Positions 38,695 through 49,069 of a stretch of DNA of 64,000 nucleotides are shown here, in pieces. Location: the NCBI GenBank assembly GCA_963761125.1, contig CAVXFV010000007.1:146786-210785 (forward strand). Reading direction: 5' to 3'. Under the pieces are notes generated by a model that saw only the letters and a program-made list of their open reading frames with translations, searched no databases and was not told the DNA's origin. The position numbers and the translations under genes were made by a program. Source of the stretch: Candidatus Latescibacterota bacterium. GTDB taxonomy: Bacteria > Krumholzibacteriota > Krumholzibacteriia > WVZY01 > JAKEHA01. How positions within the stretch are numbered: the stretch's first letter is position 1; every line of letters begins with the position of its first letter.

Positions 38695-41058
38695 ATGATC
38701 GACAGCAAGAGTCTCGTCCCCGTCGACCCAAACGACACGGGCGCGGCGAAAGACTTTCTCAAGAAGAACGGCGTGTCGCTCTCGACCTCCGAGTACGCGC
38801 GCGTGTGCGAGCTGCTTCAGCGCCGGCCCACGATCGTCGAACTCCATATTTTCAACGTGATGTGGAGCGAGCACTGCTCGTACAAGTCGCCGCGCGGGTG
38901 CTCAAGGAGTACCTGCCGACCGATGCGCCGCACGTCGTGCTCGGTCCCGGCGAGGACGCCGGGATCGTCCGCTTCTGCGAAGCCGAGGGCGAAGAGCTGG
39001 GGTCTGGTGATGGCGCACGAGAGCCACAACCATCCGTCGCAGGTGCTGCCGGTCGAGGGCGCGGCGACGGGCATCGGCGGCATCGTCCGCGACGTCTATT
39101 GCATGGGCGCCGAGGTGGTCGGCGTGCTCGACCCGCTGCGCTTCGGCGATCCCGACGGACCGAACGCGCGACCGCGTGCGCGACATCGCGCGCGGCGTGG
39201 TCGACGGCATCTGCGCAGTACGGCAACGCGCTCGGCGTGCCGACCTGGGCGGCGACGACCTTCTTCGACGCCACGCTTCGACGACAACTGCCTGGTCAAC
39301 GTCGTGGCCCTCGGCGTGGTCGCAGAGAACGGACATCATTCGCAGCCGGCGTCCCCGAAGAAGCGACAAACCGAACCCTACGATTCTGATCCTGGTGGGC
39401 AAGCCCACCGACGCCAGCGGCTTCGGCGGCGCGGCGTTCGCCTCCGAACGCCTGGACGGCGACGCGGCGGTCGAGAACCAGGGCGCGGTGCAGGTGCCGG
39501 ACCCGTTCCTCAAGCGCGTGCTCGCCGAGGCGATCAAGGAGGTGCTGCGTTGCGCGCGCGAGCACACGCTCGCGATCGGCTTCAAGGATCTCGGCGCCGG
39601 CGGCATCGCGTGCGCGTTCTCGGAAATGCCGGAGGCGAGCGGCTTCGGCGCGGAGATCGATCTCGATCGCGTCAACAAGGCGTTTCCTGATCTGCTGCCG
39701 GAAGTGATCGCGTGCTCCGAAACACAGGAACGCTTCGCGATCGCGGTGCCGTCGCGCGCGACGGCCGACATTCTCGCGATCTTCAACGAGCACTACGAAA
39801 TGCCGCATCTGTACACGGGCGCGGGTGCCGTGGTCATCGGCCGCGTCACCAACGACTACCGCTTCCGCATGACGCACGGGGGACACGCGGTGTGCGAAGC
39901 CGCGATGGACGTGATCACGTCGGGGATTTCGTACCGGCGCGAGCAGAAGGCGCGCGCGCGGTCGATCACGCCCGGCACGCGCACACACGCGCGCGGCGCC
40001 GAGGGCGCTGCGCGAGGCGACGCTGGCACTGCTGGGATCGATCAACACCTCCGACGAGCCGCGATCTTCCGCCACTACGACTCCGAGGTGCGGGGACGCG
40101 CCGTGCTGCGGCCCGGTGAAGCCGACGCCGCGGTCGAGATGATCGTGCCCGGCCATCCCGTGGCACTGGCGATGGCGATCGGCAGTCATTCGCGCATCGG
40201 CCTCGTCGATCCGTACGCCGGCGGCGCGTGGCGCGGTGGTCGAGGCGACGCGCAACGTCGCGTGCGTCGGTGCGCTTCCGCTGGCGGTGACCGACTGCCT
40301 GAATTTCGGCGATCCGGAAGACCCCGGCGTGTCTCCACGCAGTTCGTCGAAGCGGTGCGCGGTATCGGCGACGCCTGCCGCGCGATGAAACTCTTCGGCG
40401 GCGGCCATCCGCTGCCGATCGTCTCGGGCAACGTGTCGTTCTACAACCAGAGCGGAACCGGCGACGCGATCGCGCCCACCCCCATCGTCGCCTGCGCCGC
40501 GCGGCTCGACGACGCCTCGCGCGCGCGCGGGTTCGCGCTCAAGCAGGACGGCTCGCGCCTGGTGCTGCTCGGAAGACTGCACGAACACCTGGGCGGCTCG
40601 GAGTACGAGCGGCTGCTTCGGCAACGCGGGTCATTCGCGGGCGCCGCGGCCGGACTTCGATTTCGAACTCGCGCTGGTGCGCGCGCTCAACGCCGCGTTC
40701 GCGCGGCGTCTCGTCCTCGCCGCGCACGACGTGGCGCTCGGGGGAGTAATCGTGACCGTCGCGGAGATGGCGATCGCGAGCGCGCCCTTCGACGTCGGCG
40801 CGTCGCTCGACCTGCGCGGCGCGAGCACGCCGGCGTGCTTCTCCGAAATGGGAGGTATCGTGATCGAGACCAGCGACGACGCGTGGGAAGAGATCGAGAA
40901 GCTGCTCCGCCAGCACGCGGTACCATTCGTCGAAGTCGGGCGCGCGAAGGCGGACGCCGGCCTCGAGGTCGCGACCGCCGACGGAGCCTTCACCATCGAC
41001 ATGGGTGCCCTGCGCGTCGCGTATCGCGGCCGGCTGGCCGAGATCCTGCTACGGGTAG
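38695..41058 (+). CDS. purL: phosphoribosylformylglycinamidine synthase subunit PurL (small type), several frameshifts
   Basis: Motifs in correct order across frames: [64 protein letters not shown]. Probable stop TAG 41056-41058. Confidence 0.88.
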
Positions 41059-41063
41059 GAGTC

Positions 41064-41879
41064 ATGGCGGAACGCGTTCTCATTATTCAGTTCCCGGGTG
41101 TGAACTGCGAATACGAAAGCCTGCGCGCCGTCGAAGCGGCGGGCATGAAGGGCGACATCCGCCGCTGGAACGACGCGGCGGCCGCGGTCCGCGACGCGGG
41201 CGCGATCATTCTGCCCGGTGGCTGGTCGTACCAGGATCGCATTCGCGCCGGTGTCGTTGCCGCCAAGGACGCGGTCCTCGACGAAGTCGTCGAGGCGGCC
41301 GACCGCGGCGTCCCCGTGCTGGGTATCTGCAACGGCGCGCAGGTGCTGGTGGAGGCCGGCATCGTGCCCGGTTTCGAGGCCGGTCGTATCGACGTCGCAC
41401 TCGCGCCCAACCGCATGACCGGACGCGTCGGGTACTACTGCAACTGGGTGCACGTCAAGAAAGGGCCGGCGCGGTGCGTGTTCACCAGCTTCATGGAAGA
41501 ACGCCCCGACGATCCGCTTCCGATTCCGCTCGCGCACGGCGAAGGCCGTTTTGTCACCGCCGATGAATCCGTCCGCGCGCACTTCGAACAGGGTGACGGG
41601 GTTGCGCTCACGTACTGCACGCCCCACGGCGCCGCGGCGACCGCGTTTCCCGAAAACCCCAACGGCGCGCAGTTTTCGATCGCCGGTCTCACCAATCCGA
41701 ACGGCAACGTGCTGGCACTGATGCCGCACCCGGAGCGCGGCGCGTGGGCGCACCAGGTTCCGCGCCGTGTCGGCGGGCGCTGGGGACGAAGTCGCGATGG
41801 CGTCGGCCCCAAAGACCTGTTCACCCCCGGTCCGGGTCGTGGATTCTTCGAGTCGTTGCGCCGGGCGTTGCAGGGGTAA
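41064..41879 (+). CDS. purQ: FGAM synthase glutaminase subunit PurQ
   Basis: FPGVNCE, PGGWSYQD, LGICNGAQ, AHGEGR, MPHPER. Confidence 0.95.
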   Translation: MAERVLIIQFPGVNCEYESLRAVEAAGMKGDIRRWNDAAAAVRDAGAIILPGGWSYQDRIRAGVVAAKDAVLDEVVEAADRGVPVLGICNGAQVLVEAGIVPGFEAGRIDVALAPNRMTGRVGYYCNWVHVKKGPARCVFTSFMEERPDDPLPIPLAHGEGRFVTADESVRAHFEQGDGVALTYCTPHGAAATAFPENPNGAQFSIAGLTNPNGNVLALMPHPERGAWAHQVPRRVGGRWGRSRDGVGPKDLFTPGPGRGFFESLRRALQG

Positions 41880-41973
41880 CGAGATTTTTGTACCTTCGTG
41901 ACCAGTCTCCCCACAGGCGCCTGAGAGGCGCCCGGTTCCCGTAGACACCAAACCCCGAAAAGGACAGACGAAC

Positions 41974-43581
41974 ATGAAACGTCGAATCCGCGACGCCCTC
42001 GCGCTGGCGCTTGCGCTGCTGGTGATGGGCCAGACAGGCGTCCACGCTCAGAAGAAGGCGAGCAAGCCTTCCAAACCCAACATCCTCATCATCTGGGGCG
42101 ACGACATCGGCGAGTTCAACATCAGCGCCTACAACATGGGCATGATGGGCTACAAGACACCGAACATCGACGGATCGCCAAGGAGGGCGCGCTGTTCACC
42201 GACTGGTACGGTCAGCAGAGCTGCACCGCCGGGCGTGCGGCGTTCATCACCGGCCAGTCGCCGATCCGCACCGGCCTGACCAAAGTCGGCCTGCCGGGCG
42301 CGCCCGAAGGCCTCAAGAAGGAAGACCCGACGCTCGCCGAACTGCTCAAGCCGCTACGGATACATGACCGGTCAGTTCGGCAAGAACCACCTCGGCGACC
42401 GCGACGAGTATGCTGCCGACGGCGCACGGCTTCGACGAGTTCTTCGGCAATCTCTACCATCTGAATGCCGAGGAGGAGCCGGAGAACGTCGACTATCCCA
42501 AAGACCCCGAGTTCAAGGAGAAGTTCGGCCCGCGCGGCGTGTTGCATTCACACCGACGGACGATCCCAGTCGACCGCGTTTCGGCAAAGCGGCAAGCAGA
42601 CCATCGAGGACACCGGCCCGCTGACCAAGAAGCGCATGGAGACGATCGACGAGGAAGTCACCACCGCGGCGCTCGATTTCATGGAGCGGCGCACAGAAGA
42701 CGAACAAGCCGTTCTTCATCTGGTGGAACTCCACGCGGATGCACATCTTCACGCATCTGAAGCCGGCGTCCGTCGGCAAGACCGGTCTCGGCGTATATCG
42801 CCGACGGCATGGTCGAGCACGACCGCGATGGTCGGGCAGCTGCTCGCGAAGCTGAAGGAACTCGGCATCGAAGAGAACACCATCGTGATGTACTCGACCG
42901 ACAACGGCGCGGAGTCCATGACCTGGCCCGACGGCGGCACGACCATGTTCCGCGGCGAGAAGAACACCCAATGGGAAGGCGGCTATCGCGTTCCGACGCT
43001 GATCCGCTGGCCCGGCGTCATCAAGCCCGGCACGATCATCAACGACATCGGCGCGCACGAGGACATGCTGACCGACGCTGCTGGCCGCGGCCGGCGAGCC
43101 GCCGTCAAGGAGGAGTTGCTCAAGGGCAAGAACTCGGCGACACGACCTACAAGGTCCACCTCGACGGCTACAACCTGATGCCCGCACTGCAGGGCAAGGG
43201 CGAATGGCCCCGGCAAGAGTTCATCTACTGGACCGACGACGGCAATGTCGCGGCGTTGCGCTACAACAACTGGAAGGTCACGTTCCTCAAGCCAGGATGC
43301 AGCACGGCCTCGAATGTCTGGCAACGAGCCGTTCACGAAGCTGCGCGCGCCGATGCTGACCAACCTGCGGATCGGACCCGTTCGAACGCGCCGACGTACG
43401 AGGGCATGGACTACGACCACTGGTTCATCGAGCACATGTTCGTGATTCGCGCCGGCCGGCGCCTATGTCGGCGCAGTGGCTGCAGAGCTTCCGCGAGTTT
43501 CCGCCGCGGCAGAAGCCCGGCAGCTTCAATCTCGACCGCGTGATGGAGGCGGTGACCAGCCAGCAGGGCGGCACGAAGTAG
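41974..43581 (+). CDS. secreted arylsulfatase, several frameshifts
   Basis: Signal peptide; [13 protein letters not shown]; [14 protein letters not shown]; GKNHLGD; TDNG; WEGGYRVP, recovered across frames. Confidence 0.85.
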
Positions 43582-43673
43582 TACCCTGTCGCTCCGAGCG
43601 CTGATTCGACCTGCGGGCCGCGCTCGCCGTGAAGGCGGGCGCGGCCATCCCGTCGAACGTTTCCAAGGTGAAG

Positions 43674-44435
43674 ATGCAAAACCGCCCTCTCCTCGTTTTC
43701 TCCGCGATGTTTCTGTTCTGCGTGGTCGCGACGTCGCTGCCCGCGCGCGCGTCGGACGGCGATGTCACCGACGAGTATCAGTTCACGGTCTCCCCGCACC
43801 ACGCCGTCCACGGAGATCTCACCGGTTTCGGTGAGTTGGGCTACTACCGGAACCCGACGGCGGACTACCGGACCTACACGGTCCAGTATCCGGGGGTGGT
43901 CTACAAGGCGGCCCGATGGGCTCAGTTCACCGGTAGCTTTCGCGTTCTTTACACCGATTACGAAACCGGCGCGAACAAACTCGAATTGCGTCCGAGTGTG
44001 GGTGCGAAGCTCTTTCTGCCCAACGATATCGAATGGAACATCTACAACTACACGCGCATCGAGTATCGCGACATGGAGAATCGCAACACGGAGGCGTGGA
44101 GTCACTACACCCGAACTCGCAGTCGGTTCGCGATGGAGATACCGCTCGCGTCGCGGGCGACGGCCTGGAAACCGAACACGTGGTACGCGCTGGCGGACGT
44201 AGAGCCGTTCTACCGCTTCGACAGGGACACGGTCGACCCGTTGCGTTTCCGCGCGGGAATCGCGCGCATTCTGAGCGATGGTGTCCACGTCGAGCTCACC
44301 TATGACGCGCAGTTCGCCCGGGCTTCCGACGGCAGCCCGCTGGAATTGTCCGAAAATATCTTCAACCTGAACGTGAAGATCGGCCTTCAGGAAGGATTGC
44401 TGCGTCGCATCCAGAACCCGGGCCGCGGCCGGTGA
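43674..44435 (+). CDS. DUF2490-like outer-membrane beta-barrel protein
   Basis: Signal peptide; alternating beta-strand pattern; ELRPSVG, TRIEYR, R.R.RF, EPFY. Confidence 0.7.
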   Translation: MQNRPLLVFSAMFLFCVVATSLPARASDGDVTDEYQFTVSPHHAVHGDLTGFGELGYYRNPTADYRTYTVQYPGVVYKAARWAQFTGSFRVLYTDYETGANKLELRPSVGAKLFLPNDIEWNIYNYTRIEYRDMENRNTEAWSHYTRTRSRFAMEIPLASRATAWKPNTWYALADVEPFYRFDRDTVDPLRFRAGIARILSDGVHVELTYDAQFARASDGSPLELSENIFNLNVKIGLQEGLLRRIQNPGRGR

Positions 44436-44511
44436 GGATGCGCCCGGCCTCGCCCGCGATTGGGAAGCTCCCGGCGGCCGTGGTACACTGGGCTGGAAAG
44501 CAGGAAATTGA

Positions 44512-45228
44512 ATGACCCGACTCGATGCCAGACTCCTGGTCGGCCTTCGCGGACCCGATCTCGTTGCGACCACCGCGCGCCTGGCGCTGGTGGACAAAAT
44601 GGGATTCGCCGACCGACTGGCCGGCCTTCGGCGGTATGATTTCTTCCACCTCACGCTCGAGGGTGGCGTCCCACCGGAGGTCCTGGTCGATGCCCTCCAG
44701 AAAACCCTCGCTCGCCAGAGTACGTTCTATAACCGCAACAAGCACATGTACTCGCTGGAGTGCGTCTGGGACGGCGGGACGCGGACGGACGGCCCGAGCC
44801 GGTCGGATCTCGTTCACCAGTTTGGGGAGAATATGGGTAGCGTTCCGGGTACGGGCGGGAATCCCGGCCCCGGATCTGGCATAGATTTCGATGGAAAGCG
44901 GGGAAGCAAAGCCGATATTGTGAATATGTCACCGGTTTTTCTGGTCGAGGCGTCTGTTCAAGACGACGATTCGGCCGGCCGGGACGGTATCGCCGCCAAA
45001 TTGACCCGGGAGCTTTCGGGGACTGTGGGCATGGCCGTCGAGGTCACCTGCCCCAGCCGGGCCACCGTCTGGTGGCTCGGGATCGCAGCCCGGGACGAGA
45101 CGACGGCGATGGATACGGCCAGACAGATGGTGGTAACGACGCGGCGCGATGAGGGGCTCCTTTCGAACCCCAATTACCAGCGCGCCGAATTCGTTTCCTC
45201 AGGAAGGATCGAACCGGTGCGCTCATGA
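44512..45228 (+). CDS. PurS-like protein with two tandem PurS-fold repeats
   Basis: Sits between purQ and purF and overlaps purF; both halves end in PurS-like FYNRNK / LLSNPN motifs. Confidence 0.6.
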   Translation: MTRLDARLLVGLRGPDLVATTARLALVDKMGFADRLAGLRRYDFFHLTLEGGVPPEVLVDALQKTLARQSTFYNRNKHMYSLECVWDGGTRTDGPSRSDLVHQFGENMGSVPGTGGNPGPGSGIDFDGKRGSKADIVNMSPVFLVEASVQDDDSAGRDGIAAKLTRELSGTVGMAVEVTCPSRATVWWLGIAARDETTAMDTARQMVVTTRRDEGLLSNPNYQRAEFVSSGRIEPVRS

Positions 45229-46628
45229 TCGAGTCGCTCCATGAAGAGTGCGGTGTGTTTGGGATCTACGGGTCCGAGAACGCGATCGAAAACACGTTCC
45301 TCGGTCTCTATGCCCTGCAGCACCGCGGTCAGGAGGGCGCCGGCATCGTATCGTCCGATGGAGTACACATGTATGAGCACAAGGGGATGGGACTCGTCGC
45401 ACAGGTGTTCGACGAGGACGCGATCCGCGGGCTCAAGGGACATGCGGCCATCGGTCACAACCGCTATTCGACAACGGGACAGCCGGGGACGGCGAATCTA
45501 CAGCCGCTCCTGGTGGACTGCAAAGTCGGGAAGCTGGCACTTGCTCATAACGGCAATCTGATCAACGCCCGCGAGCTTCGCAGCCAAATGGAAGCCGAGG
45601 GGTCCATTTTCAATACGACGATGGACAGTGAAGTCATACTTCATCTCATTGCACGGAGCAGGGAAGCCACACTCGACGGCGCGATCGTCGATGCGGTGCG
45701 GCAGCTGCGGGGGGCGTTTTCGCTTCTCCTTTTGACGCGTGGCGCGCTGATCGCCGTCCGCGACCCGCAGTCGTTCCGGCCGCTCTGTCTGGGCCGGTTG
45801 GGTGATAGCACGATTATCACCAGTGAGTCCTGCGCGCTGGACATCATCGGCGCCGATTACGTTCGGGAAGTCGAGCCAGGGGAACTCGTCATCGTCGACG
45901 AGCGGGGGATTCGATCCCGAAAGGCGTTCGAGCCGGAGCAGCAGGCCAAGTGCATATTCGAGTTCATTTACTTCTCGCGTCCGGACAGCAAGGTGTTCGG
46001 GGTAAACGTCGATAAGGTGCGGAGAAAGCTGGGCACCGTTCTCGCCCGCAATCACCCGGTCGATGCCGACATCGTCATTTCTGTTCCGGACTCGAGTAAT
46101 ACGTCGAGCCTGGGATTCGCCCGTGAAGCGAACATTCCGTTCGAGATCGGGCTGATTCGGAACCACTACGTCGGTCGTACGTTCATCCAGCCGAACCAGT
46201 CGCTCCGTGACGGAACGGTGCGCCTGAAGTTCAACACGGTGGATGGTGTGCTCAAGGGTAAGCGTGTCGCGGTGGTGGACGACTCGATCGTCCGTGGTTC
46301 CACAATGAAGAAACTCGTTGCCATGCTCCAGAAAGCGGGTGCGAAGGAAGTCCACCTTCGCATCGCGTCTCCCCCCGTCAAGTTCCCCTGCTTTTACGGA
46401 ATCGACATACCGTCGCGAAGCGAACTCGTCGCGTCGTCGGCGTCCGTCGCGGAGATCCAGCGGTATCTCGGGGTCGACAGCCTCGAATACCTGACACTGG
46501 ATGATCTCCGGTCGGTCGTCGAAGACCCCGGGAATTTCTGCAACGCGTGTTTCAGCGGCGAGTATCCGGTTCCGTTGGCATTCGACCTGAACAAGTCCGT
46601 GTTCGAGGACTCCGCCGTCGGCGCGTAG
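45225..46628 (+). CDS. purF: amidophosphoribosyltransferase
   Basis: HEECGVFG, QHRGQEGAG, GHNRYST, VDDSIVRG, CNACFSG. Confidence 0.97.
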   Translation: MIESLHEECGVFGIYGSENAIENTFLGLYALQHRGQEGAGIVSSDGVHMYEHKGMGLVAQVFDEDAIRGLKGHAAIGHNRYSTTGQPGTANLQPLLVDCKVGKLALAHNGNLINARELRSQMEAEGSIFNTTMDSEVILHLIARSREATLDGAIVDAVRQLRGAFSLLLLTRGALIAVRDPQSFRPLCLGRLGDSTIITSESCALDIIGADYVREVEPGELVIVDERGIRSRKAFEPEQQAKCIFEFIYFSRPDSKVFGVNVDKVRRKLGTVLARNHPVDADIVISVPDSSNTSSLGFAREANIPFEIGLIRNHYVGRTFIQPNQSLRDGTVRLKFNTVDGVLKGKRVAVVDDSIVRGSTMKKLVAMLQKAGAKEVHLRIASPPVKFPCFYGIDIPSRSELVASSASVAEIQRYLGVDSLEYLTLDDLRSVVEDPGNFCNACFSGEYPVPLAFDLNKSVFEDSAVGA

Positions 46629-46730
46629 GCACCGACGCCCCGGATTCCCGCGCACGCGACGCCATGCCGGCATGTGGCCGGCGCGGGTTCGGGTCCCATT
46701 TATGGTTACGCGCGCCCGGCGCGCAAAAAA

Positions 46731-47432
46731 GTGAAAGTACGGATCCAGTTCGAGAAGCTGGGAGCGATTCGCTTTACGTCCCACAAGGACGTCTTGCGCA
46801 TCTTCGAGCGTTGCTTCGCCGCAGCCGGGGTTCCGGTCGCGTGGAGCGAGGGATTCCATCCGCACATGCGGATGTCCTTCGGCCCGCCGATTCGCACCGG
46901 CTGGGAAAGCCATGAGGAGTACATGGACGTCCAGTTGGACGCACCCATGGACGCCCTGGCCGAGGCGTGCAACCCGAAACTCCCCGAAGGCCTGCGGGTG
47001 ACCGCGGTCGTTCCCGTGGACGATCGGGCGCCCAAGCTCGCGTCGGATATCGCCGCGGCCTCGCTCGAGGTCGCGGTGGAGGCGGCAGACGCTGTCGCGG
47101 CGGGTGCGCCGCGAAACGGCGACGGCCCCGACACGGCGGGCATCCGCCAGGCCATCGAGAACCGGTTCCTCAATCCACCCGGTGCCGACCCGGCCTCTCC
47201 GCGGGTGCTGGATGCGGACGTCGTCCGAACGGAGGACGCGATTCGCATCCGCTACACATCCAGCATGCAATCGCAGCGGATTGTGACCCCGGATGAGATC
47301 GTCTCGGCAACGATCGGTGACCCCGACTCGTTCCGCGTGCCCATCAAAGTAACGCGTCTTGCGCAATTCGTGGTACGCGACGGGCGGTACGTTTCGCCGA
47401 TCGATGAAGGAGTCGTGCAAGCAACGGTATGA
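46731..47432 (+). CDS. radical SAM-linked protein (TIGR03936/DUF2344 family)
   Basis: RFTSHKD, WSEGFHPHMRMSFGPP, LPEGL. Start could be 46674 instead. Confidence 0.85.
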   Translation: MKVRIQFEKLGAIRFTSHKDVLRIFERCFAAAGVPVAWSEGFHPHMRMSFGPPIRTGWESHEEYMDVQLDAPMDALAEACNPKLPEGLRVTAVVPVDDRAPKLASDIAAASLEVAVEAADAVAAGAPRNGDGPDTAGIRQAIENRFLNPPGADPASPRVLDADVVRTEDAIRIRYTSSMQSQRIVTPDEIVSATIGDPDSFRVPIKVTRLAQFVVRDGRYVSPIDEGVVQATV

Positions 47433-49054
47433 AAGAAGTTCTGATCAATTCAACCTCTCTGGAGGTGCGGGCTGCGATCGTCGAGGACGGCGAGCTCGTC
47501 GAGTTCATGGTAGAGCGGGCGCAAACACGCCGCCTCGTCGGCGACGTGTACCTGGGCCGCGTCAACGCCATCCTCCCCGGCATTCAGGCCGCGTTCGTCG
47601 ATATCGGCTATGACAAGGCCGGATTCCTCCACGCGAGCGATCTGGTGCCGGACACCGAGGGGCTCGAGGTCGAGGGCGGCGTCGATGTGGAAGAAGGCGG
47701 TCGGGGAGCCAATGGCGGCAACGGCGACGACGGTCGCGGTGGACGCCGTGGCGGGCGCGGTCGCGGTCGCGGAGGCGATCGCGGCGGGCGGGGACGCGAG
47801 CCGCGCGACAAACCCAACGTGCAGCCGATCGAGAAGATGCTGACCAAGGGGCAGGAGCTGCTGGTGCAGGTGACCAAGGAAGCCATCAGCACCAAGGGAC
47901 CCCGGCTGACCACGCAGATTTCGCTCCCGGGCCGGCATGTCGTCTATATGCCCAACAGCGACTACCTCGGCATTTCGCGGCGCATCGAGTCGCGCCAGGA
48001 ACGCCAGCGGCTGCGGACCCTGATCGCCAAGAAGAAGCCCGCGAACTGCGCGGTCATCGCACGCACGGCGTGCGAGGGCGTCGAGGACAAGCAGATCGTG
48101 TCGGACATCAACTACCTGCACAAGCTGTGGCAGGAGATCCGGCGTCGTGCCGAGAAGGCACAGGCCCCGGAACTGGTGCACGAAGAGGTGGGCATGGTCG
48201 TTGGCATGGTGCGCGACCTGATCGCCGACGACATCGACAAGATCTGGATGGACAACGAGAAGGAGTATCGGCGGCTGGTCCGTCACCTTCGCGACGTGAG
48301 CCCGGATCTCGCCGCGCGCACGAACCTGTTCCGCGAGAAGTCGCCGATCTTCGACAAGTACAACATCGAAAACGAGATCGAAAAGACGCTCGACCGCAAG
48401 GTCTGGCTCAAGAAGGGCGGCTATCTCATTTTCGATCAGACCGAAGCGATGGTGGTGATCGACGTCAACACCGGGCGCTTCGTGGGCAAGCGCGACCAGG
48501 AGGAAACGATTCTCGAGACCAACCTGCTCGCCGCGCGCGAAGTGCCGCGCCAGTTGCGGCTACGCGATATCGGCGGCATCATCGTGATCGATTTCATCGA
48601 CATGGAGAGCGAGGCCAACAAGAAGAAGGTCTTGAACGAACTGCGCAATCACCTGCGCAAGGATCGTTCGCGCGCCAAGGCGTTCGCGGTCAGCGACCTC
48701 GGCCTGGTCGAGGTCAGTCGCAAGCGCGTGCGGCCGAGTTTGCTCCACTTCCTCTCGGAGGAGTGTCCGTATTGCCGCGGAACCGGCAAGGTGCTCTCGT
48801 TCGACACGCTCGCCAACAAGATCGAGCGTCAGATTCAGCGCATCGGCCAGCGCACGAAGGAGCGCCGCATTCAACTTCGCGTCAATACCTCGTTCGCGGT
48901 GTTCCTGCAGGAGCAGCGCGCCGCGATGCTGGACCAGCTCGAGCGTCAGTACCGGCTGCGGATCGAAATTCAGGACGACCCGCGGCTGCACCGCGAGGAC
49001 TTCAAGCTGGTATCGCTCTCCAACTTCCGGGATCTGGTCGCGGAGGCGGGATAG
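47429..49054 (+). CDS. rng: ribonuclease E/G family (RNase G-like)
   Basis: S1 domain (GDVYLGRV..PGIQAAFVDIG), KGPRLTT, IDVNTG, LRLRDIGGIIVIDFIDM, CPYC.GTG. Confidence 0.93.
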   Translation: MKEVLINSTSLEVRAAIVEDGELVEFMVERAQTRRLVGDVYLGRVNAILPGIQAAFVDIGYDKAGFLHASDLVPDTEGLEVEGGVDVEEGGRGANGGNGDDGRGGRRGGRGRGRGGDRGGRGREPRDKPNVQPIEKMLTKGQELLVQVTKEAISTKGPRLTTQISLPGRHVVYMPNSDYLGISRRIESRQERQRLRTLIAKKKPANCAVIARTACEGVEDKQIVSDINYLHKLWQEIRRRAEKAQAPELVHEEVGMVVGMVRDLIADDIDKIWMDNEKEYRRLVRHLRDVSPDLAARTNLFREKSPIFDKYNIENEIEKTLDRKVWLKKGGYLIFDQTEAMVVIDVNTGRFVGKRDQEETILETNLLAAREVPRQLRLRDIGGIIVIDFIDMESEANKKKVLNELRNHLRKDRSRAKAFAVSDLGLVEVSRKRVRPSLLHFLSEECPYCRGTGKVLSFDTLANKIERQIQRIGQRTKERRIQLRVNTSFAVFLQEQRAAMLDQLERQYRLRIEIQDDPRLHREDFKLVSLSNFRDLVAEAG

Positions 49055-49069
49055 GCGCGTGGAGGAATC

